From positions 320,001 through 384,000 of the forward strand of contig OY776215.1 of the NCBI GenBank assembly GCA_963675495.1: a DNA stretch of 64,000 nt, given 5' to 3'. The notes below the pieces were generated by a model that had not been told where the DNA came from, did not search any database, and saw nothing but the letters and a program-made list of their open reading frames with translations. The DNA comes from an uncultured Methanolobus sp. Its GTDB lineage: Archaea; Halobacteriota; Methanosarcinia; Methanosarcinales; Methanosarcinaceae. Shown in pieces: positions 32,033-42,375 of the stretch (the stretch's first letter is position 1; the number at the start of each line of letters is the position of its first letter). Made by a program: the position numbers and the translations under genes.

Positions 32033-33412
32033 TTAGAGCCCGTAGTTCTCTGGCTTGAATACTGGTACTTCCTTTGAGAATTTCTCCATACAGTCGCTCA
32101 TGAATGTCTCGGACTCTGATGTGAGTGCCTCGAATTCTGCGGTTGCCTTTGCAAGTGCACCGAGCTCGAACTTTGTCATATCGAGACCTTCGGAGCCGTT
32201 CAGGATGTTGCAGCATTCCATTCCAGCGTTCTTTGCACGGAGGAAAATGTCCTCTCCGTCCTTTATGATTGCTTCTCCAACCTTGTATGCGTTGTCGTAT
32301 GCAAGGATGTAGGACTGTGGGTCTCTGAATCTGTCGGAAGCCATGAGGAGGTCTCTGAGGATCTTCTCGTTTCCTGACTTAAGAGCTGTGTTCATGAGTG
32401 CACAGTCATAGTTAAGGGACTCTGACCAGCACTGTACTGAGGTACCACCGAATTCTGCGTGGTATTCTACAGATTCGTTTGACCAGAGGTCACAGCACTG
32501 CATGATAAGGTTACCCATGACATCTGAGTGTGCACAGGTTGAAGTCTTACCTTCGAAGGACATTGGCATACCTGAGATTGCTTTTACGATGATGTTCTCG
32601 TATCCACAGTCTTTTCCTGGACCTACTGCGCCTGCTTCGTATGCAGCGAGTGATCTTGGAGCGGAGATTGCTCTTGCAACGATTGCAAGGGTGTGTGCAA
32701 GGTTCTTGTCAAGGAGACCACCTGCAATAAACATTGCAGTGTTTGCCTGTGCACAGTCTGTGTCACCTGCAGCGGTTACGCCTTTCTGCTGTGCTACCTT
32801 TGCGATTTCCTGCCAGAGGTAATCCATATCCATGCTACCGAGGCAGCCGATTGCGTAGAGCATACCTGGAACATCGTTCCTGAGTACTGCGTAGTCGAAG
32901 ATTTCCTTTCCACCCATTGATTCAATGGACAGGAGGTCTGCGCCGCTCTCTGCGATCTGGTCGAAGGACTCCATGACTACAGTCATCTTGTCGCCTCTAA
33001 GACCTAAGAATTCCTTGTCTTCTCTGATGTCACCAGGAGTGTGTCTGAGTGCGCATTTGATTCCGTACTCTTCGTTGTACTCTTCCATGATGGTCTTCTG
33101 TGCGTGTGCAACAGCTGCTCCCCATGCTGGGTTGTTGGTCATCTGCTGGACGTGCTCTGTCTCAAGTACTACGGATGGGAAACCGACCTGTACAGCCCTT
33201 GCCATAATGTCTTTTGTGATTCTCTGGTACTCGTTTACGAGTTTTTCCTGAGTCTCTCCTGCTTCTGGCCTTGGTGCGTAGTTTACTTCTGCGGTTGTGT
33301 AACCTGCTCCGATCTCAAGGTCAAATCCTGCCTTCACAGGTTTCTTTGCGTTACCGAAGACCATTTCGTCAGCTTCGGAATAAGCCATTGTTGTAAATCT
33401 GTTAATTGCCAT
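32033..33412 (-). CDS. mtaB: Methanol:corrinoid methyltransferase
   Basis: EVNYAPRP, LETEHVQQMT, IESMGGKE, GDTDCAQANTAM, GKDCGYE, EGKTSTCAHSD; strongly biased codon usage. Confidence 0.97.
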   Translation of the reverse strand: MAINRFTTMAYSEADEMVFGNAKKPVKAGFDLEIGAGYTTAEVNYAPRPEAGETQEKLVNEYQRITKDIMARAVQVGFPSVVLETEHVQQMTNNPAWGAAVAHAQKTIMEEYNEEYGIKCALRHTPGDIREDKEFLGLRGDKMTVVMESFDQIAESGADLLSIESMGGKEIFDYAVLRNDVPGMLYAIGCLGSMDMDYLWQEIAKVAQQKGVTAAGDTDCAQANTAMFIAGGLLDKNLAHTLAIVARAISAPRSLAAYEAGAVGPGKDCGYENIIVKAISGMPMSFEGKTSTCAHSDVMGNLIMQCCDLWSNESVEYHAEFGGTSVQCWSESLNYDCALMNTALKSGNEKILRDLLMASDRFRDPQSYILAYDNAYKVGEAIIKDGEDIFLRAKNAGMECCNILNGSEGLDMTKFELGALAKATAEFEALTSESETFMSDCMEKFSKEVPVFKPENYGL

Positions 33413-33423
33413 TTTTGATCACC

Positions 33424-34188
33424 TTAGTGGGTGTGGAATCTTGCTCTAAGTGCTGCAATATCTGCGCCTGCAAGGATAGCGTCTGCCATCTTTGGTGCAT
33501 CTGCTGCTTCTTCACCATATACTCCAAGTGAGTATGTTCCAACGAAGTCCTGGTTTACAGCTCCGCCACCACATGCGAATGGAAGGTCGAGTCCACCCTC
33601 TACAAGACGGTCGTTGACTTCCTTGAATGCATACATGGTTGTTGTCATGAGTGCTGTTCCGGTGAGCATCATTGGCTTCTCTTTCTTTACAGCTTCGATA
33701 ACTTCATCGACTGGGCAGTCACGGCCAAGGTCGACTACTTCATATCCACCTGCTCTGAGGAGTGCTGCAACAATTGACTTACCGATGTCGTGTACGTCAC
33801 CTTCAGCAACGTGGACAACGATCTTGCCTTTTGTTTCCGGGCTTGCACCAGATTCAGTTTTACAGAACTCGATACCGTCGAGCATTGCATCTGCTGACAT
33901 CATTACGTTTGGAAGGAAAATGACACCCTGGTCATACAGGTCTGTTACTACTTTCATACCGACCATAAGTACATCGTCGATGAGTGCGATTGGGTCTTTG
34001 CCTGCTGCGATAGCTGCCTCAAGACCTTCAATTACATCATCCTCTTCACCCTCGAAGATCGCTTCTGCGATTGGCTTGTATAACTCATCTTTTGGATAGA
34101 GTTCGGCTGCCGCCTCTTCAGGGGTCATTGATTTTTCCATTTTAACGTTGTATCTGATAAGGATACCTTCTTTGTCTACTATTAACAT
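33424..34188 (-). CDS. mtaC: Methanol corrinoid protein
   Basis: LIRYNVKME, EGDVHDIGK B12 motif, GTALMTTTM, GGGAV; directly upstream of mtaB. Confidence 0.96.
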   Translation of the reverse strand: MLIVDKEGILIRYNVKMEKSMTPEEAAAELYPKDELYKPIAEAIFEGEEDDVIEGLEAAIAAGKDPIALIDDVLMVGMKVVTDLYDQGVIFLPNVMMSADAMLDGIEFCKTESGASPETKGKIVVHVAEGDVHDIGKSIVAALLRAGGYEVVDLGRDCPVDEVIEAVKKEKPMMLTGTALMTTTMYAFKEVNDRLVEGGLDLPFACGGGAVNQDFVGTYSLGVYGEEAADAPKMADAILAGADIAALRARFHTH

Positions 34189-34296
34189 TCTATACCTCCT
34201 TCAATTTGGATAGTTTAGTTTATTGAACTTGGGTCAAGTTCAATCCAATCTACACAAAAAGGTTCTCTTGAACCTCAATCATGCAATTTTACCATT

Positions 34297-34311
34297 GTAT
34301 ATAAATGTTTC
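34297..34311 (-). promoter_or_regulatory. Candidate BRE/TATA box of mtaCB
   Basis: GAAACATTTATATAC on the minus strand about 110 bp upstream of the mtaC ATG. Confidence 0.55.
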
Positions 34312-34825
34312 TTGCACATAATACACATATATAGCAGTATCTATTCAAAATAAATTCTAAAAATAAAATAGTAATAGAAAAAGCAGCCTATTGATGCATA
34401 TTAAACTAATTATTCGTTTTTGTGTAATACAAAGTCTACAAGTCATAAGCATAGATTTATATATGATAATTAATACGAAAAATCATAATTAATAGTATAA
34501 AAGAAAATGCTTAGTATATTGTATATGTTACATAAAACATTATATTATTTAAAAAATAATAGCTCTACTGAATTCGGTAATTGGAAATTTTAATCTGCAG
34601 GAATACATTGCTCTGGATACAGGCACAACACTTAAGTATTATTTAAGTTTGTTTTTTAGAATTCATAACCACAAATTGAAACAGTTGATGCTCAAATTAG
34701 TTGTTTTACTACCAAAAACAAAGATAATCAAAAAAATAACCATACATACATTATCTATTATTTTATACAAACTATAATTAAAACATATGGGAAAAAAGAA
34801 TATGCACACTTTAAAACTAAAAAAC

Positions 34826-37800
34826 TCAAAGATTTTCTCTGGAGACACATATCGTTATAGGACTTTCATCAAGTTGCCCCATTGAACAGCGCATCTCAAC
34901 AGGTATAACCTCTTGCGACGAAGATTCAAATGGTATCTCACACACATGTGCCTCACCACTAAGAATATCTTTCAATTCTGCCGCAGCTTCTAGAAATCTC
35001 TTCTGAGGGTAAAGATTAAGCAAATTCATACCTGTGAGTTCATCTATGGAGTAATCCAGTCGTTTGCATGAATAAGGATTTGCATAAAGTATACACCCAT
35101 CGTTATCCAGCATGAAAACCAGATCGGTCATTGAATCAAAAATAACTTGCAAGTTCCTGATATCTTTCTGGTCATCCGACTGCTCACGCATACGACCTAT
35201 TACAGGACCAATCTGAGAAGCAATGGTTTCAAGAGAATCACGGACCTCAAACGGAATCCCATATGTACCATGTGACGAAAGCATCAATATAGCTACAAGC
35301 TCCATACCGTATCTGATAGGAATAAGGGCAGTAGCTTCGAGGCCTTCATAACTTAATTTGTCCCCTGGAATCATGGAAGTCAGTTCATAGAATCTTGTAT
35401 ACAATGGATATTCAGTTTTAAGAAGCCGGGCGTGGATGGACTTACCACTATAGTGCCGTGTACTTTTGACAAACTCTGAAGACAGACCGCTATGAGCTAC
35501 TACATTCATATCCCCGGTGCTTTCATCAACAAGGTAAAGTGCACCACAATCCAGATTATCCATTTGGGTCGTGAACTCTACAAGCTGAGAGAACATGTCG
35601 CCTACATCACCCAGTGGATTGAAAAGCATACTCACATCTGAGCCTAGCTGCATGAAATTATTCACATTCTTGCGCTCAGTGATATCTACTATAATACCTT
35701 GTATATATTGTAGATTTCCTTCAGCATCACGCTTTATAAGTGATCTCTCATCCACCCACCTGACCTCACCTGACTTTGTAAGTATACGATACTCAAATGA
35801 CAGGTTGTCCTCTCCGGATAAAATATCGTACTCCATTGTGAGTCTCTCCATATCTGATGGATGGACAATATCACCGTAAAGTACTTTTCCAGACATAAGA
35901 GCATCAGCCTCATAGCCAAACTGGGAAATATTGTCCGAAACGAATTCCACTTTCCAGTCTTCATCGGGTCTCCAGAAAAATACGACCGCCGGACTGCTTT
36001 TGATAACTGTTTCCAGAACTTTCTGAACCTCGATGAGCTCAATAAGTTCCCTTTCTTTTTCTTTCTGATCAGTAATATCCCTGATAATAGCCATTATAGC
36101 AGGTTTGCCTTCATGATCTATTATAGATGAGTTAATTTCTGCAGGAGTACTTTTTCCTGTCTTTGAGACCAACTCGATATCATACTTTAGAGTTGCTTTG
36201 CGGTTCTTTTCAAGACTTCTCTTAAACTTGTTCATAACAAGGCGCTTGTACTCCAGTACTAAGAAATCTTCAAATTGTCTGTGAAGTATTTCAGTCCTTG
36301 AAAAACCGGTGATCTCACAAAACTTCATATTGGCAAATACGAGGACATTATCCTGCACAACTATAATGCCATCATTGCCTTCTTCAACAAGTGTGGAGTA
36401 TTTCTTCTCGGAAGCCTTAATTTCTGCTTCAGCAAGCTTTCTTTCCGATATATCCCTGATATCGATCATTACAGAAGGTTTTCCTTCATGCATAATGAAA
36501 GACAGGCTTATTTCAGCCGGGAAAGTGGTACCATCTTTTTTAAGGAATTCTACTTCATTATTACGGCGAATGCTATGCATATCTTTCAGGACTTTTTTGA
36601 TACGTTTGCTTACCATCCGCTGATACTCGGCTGGTAAATTGTCCGTAAAAGCTCTTTCAAACAATTCTTCCCTGGAATAACCTGTTAATTCTGAAAATTT
36701 TGAATTTATGAATTTAAACGTACCATCCTGAAGGATAATTATGCCGTCGTTTCCTTTCTCTACAAGTGTAGAATATTTTTCCTCAGATGCTTTTAGCTTA
36801 GCTTCAGCGCGTTTTCGTTCAGAAATATCCCTGACGGCCATCATCACAGAAGGTTGCCGTTCATGTAGTATATATGATATACTTATCTCAGTAGGAAAAG
36901 TAGTACCATCGCTTTTAAAGAACTCAACCTCATCATTTCTTTTTATACCGATTTTGTTCTTCAGGACCTTTTTTAAGCGCTTGGAGATCATACGATGATA
37001 TTCCAGTGGAACATAAGATAGGAGATCTCTACCTAAAAGCTCTGTTTCGGTGCACTCTGACATCTGGCAAAACTTTGAGTTTGCAAAACTTAGCGCCCCA
37101 TTCTGGATGATTAGTAGGCCATCATTTCCTTTCTCCACAAGTGTAGAATACTTTTCTTCAGATGCCTTAAGCTCAGTTTCAGCCATTCTCTGAACTGTGA
37201 TATCTTCTATTGAAAGAAGAATATGTGTATCGTTATAGATTCCAATTTCGAGTGGTCTTGCACTAAAGTGCATTGTCCTGCTACCAAGGCCTTCTACATT
37301 ACAATCCAGTTCCAGATTATCGAAGAAAATGTTATCCACCAACAATTTTTCAAGGAACGATTTAAGTAGAGGCCTGTCCCAATTTCGCCCGTAAATATCA
37401 AAAAATAATCTGCCTTCTGTTTTTTCAGGATCCAATTTGAAATAATCATAAAAATACTTGTTAGCAGTAAGAACATGAAATGTGTTGTCAAGCATTAAAA
37501 GAGGATTTGGTATGGTATCAACCATCTTTTGCCGATAACTATTTTTATTTTCCACAGTGCTGTAGTCAGGTCCCAGACTTCCTGTTACAAATATAAGTCC
37601 ATGAAGAAAACTGTTTCCATCCTGCAAGACCTCAAAAGTCTTTTCAATTACTTCACATGTCCTGCCATCCCTGGCCAGCATCCTGTACCCTGTTGAGAAA
37701 TATGATTTTGTGGAATCATTTCTGAATTGATCAAAACTCTCATTTAATTTTTTAACATCATACAAATGGATGATATCGGAGTAATTTATTTTCCCTGAAC

Positions 37801-37951
37801 TAAAATCTTCAACTGAATAGCCTAATAGGGAAATATTATCTGAAACCGATATTACCGACCTATTGTCCTCATTGCTCCAGAGAAATGAAAAAACAGGGCC
37901 AATATCTGTAAGTTCTGCGTCTCTCAGGCAAGACGAATATTTGGTTTCCAT
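34826..37951 (-). CDS. Multi-PAS/GAF sensor protein without a kinase output domain
   Basis: About seven PAS domains (three tandem SE.KYSTLVE.GNDG repeats) and one GAF-like domain; no HisKA or HATPase motifs. Confidence 0.88.
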   Translation of the reverse strand: METKYSSCLRDAELTDIGPVFSFLWSNEDNRSVISVSDNISLLGYSVEDFSSGKINYSDIIHLYDVKKLNESFDQFRNDSTKSYFSTGYRMLARDGRTCEVIEKTFEVLQDGNSFLHGLIFVTGSLGPDYSTVENKNSYRQKMVDTIPNPLLMLDNTFHVLTANKYFYDYFKLDPEKTEGRLFFDIYGRNWDRPLLKSFLEKLLVDNIFFDNLELDCNVEGLGSRTMHFSARPLEIGIYNDTHILLSIEDITVQRMAETELKASEEKYSTLVEKGNDGLLIIQNGALSFANSKFCQMSECTETELLGRDLLSYVPLEYHRMISKRLKKVLKNKIGIKRNDEVEFFKSDGTTFPTEISISYILHERQPSVMMAVRDISERKRAEAKLKASEEKYSTLVEKGNDGIIILQDGTFKFINSKFSELTGYSREELFERAFTDNLPAEYQRMVSKRIKKVLKDMHSIRRNNEVEFLKKDGTTFPAEISLSFIMHEGKPSVMIDIRDISERKLAEAEIKASEKKYSTLVEEGNDGIIVVQDNVLVFANMKFCEITGFSRTEILHRQFEDFLVLEYKRLVMNKFKRSLEKNRKATLKYDIELVSKTGKSTPAEINSSIIDHEGKPAIMAIIRDITDQKEKERELIELIEVQKVLETVIKSSPAVVFFWRPDEDWKVEFVSDNISQFGYEADALMSGKVLYGDIVHPSDMERLTMEYDILSGEDNLSFEYRILTKSGEVRWVDERSLIKRDAEGNLQYIQGIIVDITERKNVNNFMQLGSDVSMLFNPLGDVGDMFSQLVEFTTQMDNLDCGALYLVDESTGDMNVVAHSGLSSEFVKSTRHYSGKSIHARLLKTEYPLYTRFYELTSMIPGDKLSYEGLEATALIPIRYGMELVAILMLSSHGTYGIPFEVRDSLETIASQIGPVIGRMREQSDDQKDIRNLQVIFDSMTDLVFMLDNDGCILYANPYSCKRLDYSIDELTGMNLLNLYPQKRFLEAAAELKDILSGEAHVCEIPFESSSQEVIPVEMRCSMGQLDESPITICVSRENL

Positions 37952-38258
37952 GAGATTTTCAGAACTGATGATATGACCTCCATTTCAATGATATTATAGC
38001 CTTAAACCATTCTATTTATTTTTTATACATTTACATGTTTTAGGCAAACACAATTATCTATAAATAATTAGACTCAAAACTAATTTTCACACTTTATTTA
38101 TATCTGACAAAAAAGAAGATATTAAATACATGGAGGATGCAGATTAATATTTGGCTCTCATCTGAATTTTATACTTCCTTCAATCCAATCTACACAAGAG
38201 GGATATGGCTTTGGATGTGAGCCACCTTCTCTACCTTGGTTTTTATGCAGTTATTACG

Positions 38259-39023
38259 TTAATGTACATGAAATTGTTCCCTTAACTCTTCAATGCTTTT
38301 ATTTAGGATTATTGAATCTGCAATCTTTGGGACCATTGCAGCGTCTTCACAATATATACCCAGTTCATAGTTTTGTACAAAGTCCTGAGTTACAGCCCCG
38401 CCACCACATACAAATGGGATTCGTATGTCATTTTCAATTAAGCGGCTATTAACTTCCATAAAAGAATACATGGTTGTTGTCATCAAGGACGTACCAGTTA
38501 GCATAACAGGCTTGTGTTTTAACACAGCATGTATAACTTCATCAATAGGTACATCACTTCCAAGATCGATAACATTATATCCATTTGATTTCAAAAACAC
38601 TGTTAGTATTTTTTTACCTATGTCATGGATATCCCCTTCAACAACATAAGATACAACTGTCCCCTTACATTCATGGGTCTTTCCAGATATCTGTTTGCAA
38701 TATTCAATTCCGTCAGTCATGGCATGAGATGCAATTATCACATCAGGAAGGAACAAGAGTCCGTCATCATATAGCTGGGATACGATATCCATTCCTACCA
38801 TTAGGGCATCGTCTATAAGGGATATGGGGTCTTTTCCGGCTTTTACTGCTTCTTCAAGAGTAATAATGACCTCATCCTCATCACCCTCAAAAACAGCCTC
38901 AACTATATTGCTTAATAGAATATCTGAAGGGAAAAGTTCTCTTGCCACCTCATCACAGGACAACTCACTCTCAAGTTTGACATTATATCGAACAAGGATA
39001 TCTGTTGGATCTATATCTAGCAT
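38259..39023 (-). CDS. mtaC: Orphan MtaC-like corrinoid protein (paralog)
   Basis: ILVRYNVK, EGDIHDIGK, GTSLMTTTM, CGGGAV; no adjacent mtaB. Confidence 0.9.
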   Translation of the reverse strand: MLDIDPTDILVRYNVKLESELSCDEVARELFPSDILLSNIVEAVFEGDEDEVIITLEEAVKAGKDPISLIDDALMVGMDIVSQLYDDGLLFLPDVIIASHAMTDGIEYCKQISGKTHECKGTVVSYVVEGDIHDIGKKILTVFLKSNGYNVIDLGSDVPIDEVIHAVLKHKPVMLTGTSLMTTTMYSFMEVNSRLIENDIRIPFVCGGGAVTQDFVQNYELGIYCEDAAMVPKIADSIILNKSIEELREQFHVH

Positions 39024-39350
39024 TGAGCCTCCTTTACTAGAATTTACGTTTTTCTATACGGTACCTGTTAGTTTACAGATGAATAAACTTGTAATAAATA
39101 TTTATTGTATATACACAATATTAATGGCTTGCTTTAGAGTAAGTATAGTATGTAAAGGTAACGTCTAAAAAGTAGACAAAATGATTTTTTACAGAACTGA
39201 TACAGACAATAAACCGTTAAGTATAGACATTATATGTTAAAATAGTGAATTATGAATTAGAAACATATGTTAAAGAAAAAAAAGAATAGTATCAGGCATG
39301 ATAATACCTGCAACAAATACTGTTTTCATGAATTTGTTTATATAATACAA

Positions 39351-39722
39351 TTATAATTCTGCATTCTCATCGTTTTCCCAGATACCAAAAATATTTCCTT
39401 CCGTATCAAGACATATAGCAAGGTAACCCCAGCCAGGGACTGCCATCTGGTTGAGAACTTTACCACCTGCTTTTTCTATCTTTTCAGCATATTCTTTTAT
39501 GGACGGTACGTGTACATAAGCGGTAATTTGTTGCTCAGGCTTGTCCCTGAGACCCATTCCGCCCCTTACTCCTTCTTCTTTTCCCAGACCAGTTGTTTCA
39601 TAAGAATAGTAATCCATATCTGGAAATGGTTTTTCAAATTTCCAGCTGAAAAGATCAGAGTAAAACTTCTTTGCACGTTCCAAATTGTCCGTTGGTACAT
39701 CTATGTAAGTGAAAGTTGCCAT
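39351..39722 (-). CDS. VOC/glyoxalase family protein
   Basis: DNLERAKKFYSDLFSW, AGGKV, DTEGNIFGIWE. Confidence 0.92.
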   Translation of the reverse strand: MATFTYIDVPTDNLERAKKFYSDLFSWKFEKPFPDMDYYSYETTGLGKEEGVRGGMGLRDKPEQQITAYVHVPSIKEYAEKIEKAGGKVLNQMAVPGWGYLAICLDTEGNIFGIWENDENAEL

Positions 39723-39912
39723 TTATTAACCCCAATTAAGTTTGCATTTAAAGTGATTAATGAGTTCATATTCATAATTCACTAAACATTTTATAGTCAA
39801 TTTTGCCATTTCCCATCTAACGAGCCAGATAGCCATGGAAGCGATTCTAAAGCAGGACCCGATGCGAGCATCATATTGAGCGGTTAATATGAGTTTTCAT
39901 GCAGTAATGCCC

Positions 39913-40281
39913 TTATTCTGCATTCTCATTTTCTTCCCAGATACCAAAAACATTCCCTTCTGTATCAAGACAGATAGCAAGATAGCCCCACCCTGGCACA
40001 GGCATTTGATTCAATACCTTACCTCCGGCTTTGTCTATCTTTTCTGCATATTCTTTAACAGATTCTACTCCTATATAACTGGTAATTCGCTGGCCTGGTT
40101 CTCCCCGAAGACCCATTCCTCCCCTGATACCTCCTTCTCCATTCAAACCAGTTGTTTTAAAGAGATAATAATCCATTTCAGGAAATGGTTTTTCAAATTC
40201 CCAGCCAAAAAGATCGGAATAGAATTTCTTCGCTGTCTCAAGATCGTCTGTTGGTATATCTACATGAACAAAAGTTGACAT
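39913..40281 (-). CDS. VOC/glyoxalase family protein (tandem paralog)
   Basis: Highly similar to 39351..39722. Confidence 0.92.
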   Translation of the reverse strand: MSTFVHVDIPTDDLETAKKFYSDLFGWEFEKPFPEMDYYLFKTTGLNGEGGIRGGMGLRGEPGQRITSYIGVESVKEYAEKIDKAGGKVLNQMPVPGWGYLAICLDTEGNVFGIWEENENAE

Positions 40282-40441
40282 TTCTTAACCCCGAATAAAT
40301 CTAGGGGTTAAAATAATTAATAGTTTTGTGTTTAAATGAAGACTCGCCAAATATGCAAATCTGCCTATTTAGATAATCGTACGAAGACAATCACACCACC
40401 TCACCAAATCCTATATAATCCATATCACCATTTCCCATCCA

Positions 40442-41353
40442 ATGAACCCGGGATCAAAAAAACCATACATTGAACTTGTTACCGGCTCGATTCTTTTCGG
40501 ACTGCTAGGTGTATTCGTTGATTACCTGCAAGATGTGCCTACAGGACCAATGATATTCTACAAGCAGCTCTTTGGTGTGTTTTCACTATTGTTATTTATG
40601 CTGATCACTGGAAAGTTGTCCCAGATAATACCACGGAAGAAGAAGCGATATCTTTTGCTTCTTGGGATTATAAACACAACTACCCTTTTCACATATTTTA
40701 CCTGCATAAAATATACCAGTTTCTCAGTGGCAATACTCATGCTTTATACGGCACCTATGTATGTTACCCTGCTTTCACCACTCATACTCAAGGAAAAAAT
40801 AACACGTAAAGGTATGCTTGCATTAGCAATGTCATTTATCGGGCTACTGTTCATTGTTGACATGACAGGTGTAACTACCGGATTCACAGCAGGCAACGGT
40901 TACATCATAGGCATAGCTGCAGGAATGCTTTCAGGTTTTTCCTTTGGTAGCGAGATTGTTACTATTCGTTATATCAAGGATGACTACTCAAGCGTTGCCC
41001 AGCTATTCTGGTATACTCTTATAGGTGTCATTTTGCTACTACCATTTGCCAGCAAAGTCTCAGGACCCGTGCTTACAGACAACCTGAATATGTTGATAAT
41101 ATTCGGAATTGTTAACACCGCCATGGCTGCACTACTCTATGTTAGTGGCATCGCGCAAATAGAAGCTCAGAAAGGAAGTATACTGGCATTGATAGAACCT
41201 GTTAGCGGCATCTTTTTTGATTTTACTATCCTTCACACACCTTTGCTTGCAAACACAATTATCGGTTGCATATTCATTCTGCTTGGTGCTTATGTCGCTG
41301 TAATGGAAAAGAGTCCCAGGATATTTGGAAAATACTTCAGGATCCAAGTGTGA
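40442..41353 (+). CDS. EamA/DMT family transporter
   Basis: About 10 TM helices, LYTAPMYVTLLSPLILKEK, LIEPV. Confidence 0.92.
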   Translation: MNPGSKKPYIELVTGSILFGLLGVFVDYLQDVPTGPMIFYKQLFGVFSLLLFMLITGKLSQIIPRKKKRYLLLLGIINTTTLFTYFTCIKYTSFSVAILMLYTAPMYVTLLSPLILKEKITRKGMLALAMSFIGLLFIVDMTGVTTGFTAGNGYIIGIAAGMLSGFSFGSEIVTIRYIKDDYSSVAQLFWYTLIGVILLLPFASKVSGPVLTDNLNMLIIFGIVNTAMAALLYVSGIAQIEAQKGSILALIEPVSGIFFDFTILHTPLLANTIIGCIFILLGAYVAVMEKSPRIFGKYFRIQV

Positions 41354-41506
41354 AACAAGAATTGTGCATTAAATTTTTAACAGTAAGACAAATGATAATT
41401 AGATTTATATAGGTATTTCAACATAATTTGAAGTATCTGATATTGAGCTATATTTACAAATGCCAGATTAACAGTGTTAACTTGAGAAAACAGTGGAGAC
41501 ATGATC

Positions 41507-41842
41507 ATGAGAATGCTTGAGGAATTCTTCCCCGAATTTACCGAGAAACTTGATGAAATAGACAAGCTCTATGCCGAAAAAAGACCTATTGATGAGAAAA
41601 CATATCAATATCTATGCTTTGCCCTTTCCATCAAAGCCAGGTCAAAACCATGCGTATTGAAACATTTCAAAGGTGCTCTGGAGGCGGGGGCCACAGTAAA
41701 GGACCTTTCATATATTTTCGCACTTACCATGAGAGAAGCAGCAGGTGCTGATGACTGCTGGACACATGATGTAATAGGAGACTGGAAAGAGGTCCTGAAA
41801 GGAAATGTATCTTGCAGTTGTTCCGGTGATGAAGATAAATAA
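41507..41842 (+). CDS. Carboxymuconolactone decarboxylase (CMD/AhpD-like) family protein
   Basis: DEKTYQYLCFALS...PCVLKHFKGALEAGAT; start may be 41501 or 41507. Confidence 0.82.
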   Translation: MRMLEEFFPEFTEKLDEIDKLYAEKRPIDEKTYQYLCFALSIKARSKPCVLKHFKGALEAGATVKDLSYIFALTMREAAGADDCWTHDVIGDWKEVLKGNVSCSCSGDEDK

Positions 41843-41907
41843 AATCATAAACCAATATTTCAGCAAACATTACTATCGTTAAAAACAGTGAATTTAGAGG
41901 TTATTAT

Positions 41908-42231
41908 ATGCCAACAAGTGTAAACGTAAACTCAACAATCTGTGGTTTCACACACAAGATAACCGGAAAGTTAGATGGTATGAATATCATTATAGATATT
42001 GAAACACCGTGCCCAAAAATAAAGGAGATGTCATACATGGAAGTTCCAATGATGGAAACCATGGATATAAAGGACAATTATGTAATGGACATGGCAAAAA
42101 AAGCCCGTTGCACACCGGGATGCATTGTACCATCCGGAGTTTTACACATATGTAGACTGGAGTCAGGGATGATCGCAAAGAGCCTTGCAAAGAAAGCAGG
42201 TCCAATTAGTATTGAATTCTCGGAGAGCTGA
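41908..42231 (+). CDS. DUF6951-like small 4-Cys protein, paralog 1
   Basis: S.ICG...IETPC...CxxxCxVP...ESGMIAKSLA pattern; family name from memory. Confidence 0.75.
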   Translation: MPTSVNVNSTICGFTHKITGKLDGMNIIIDIETPCPKIKEMSYMEVPMMETMDIKDNYVMDMAKKARCTPGCIVPSGVLHICRLESGMIAKSLAKKAGPISIEFSES

Positions 42232-42375
42232 GCTTTTACAGAAGAAGCTTACCCCTTCTTTTTCAACCTTTATTTGCTCTTCACACTAACTTTTCAGAAA
42301 ATAAACATCAATAAACCATATTTCTGTTATGATGCAATTCTCTATCTATTTACTATGACTTTTTTTCTATGATAC

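Noticed and set aside
33431-34099. 222-aa plus-strand ORF and other long antisense ORFs over mtaCB
   Set aside because: Shadow frames caused by the biased codon usage of highly expressed genes; no motifs.
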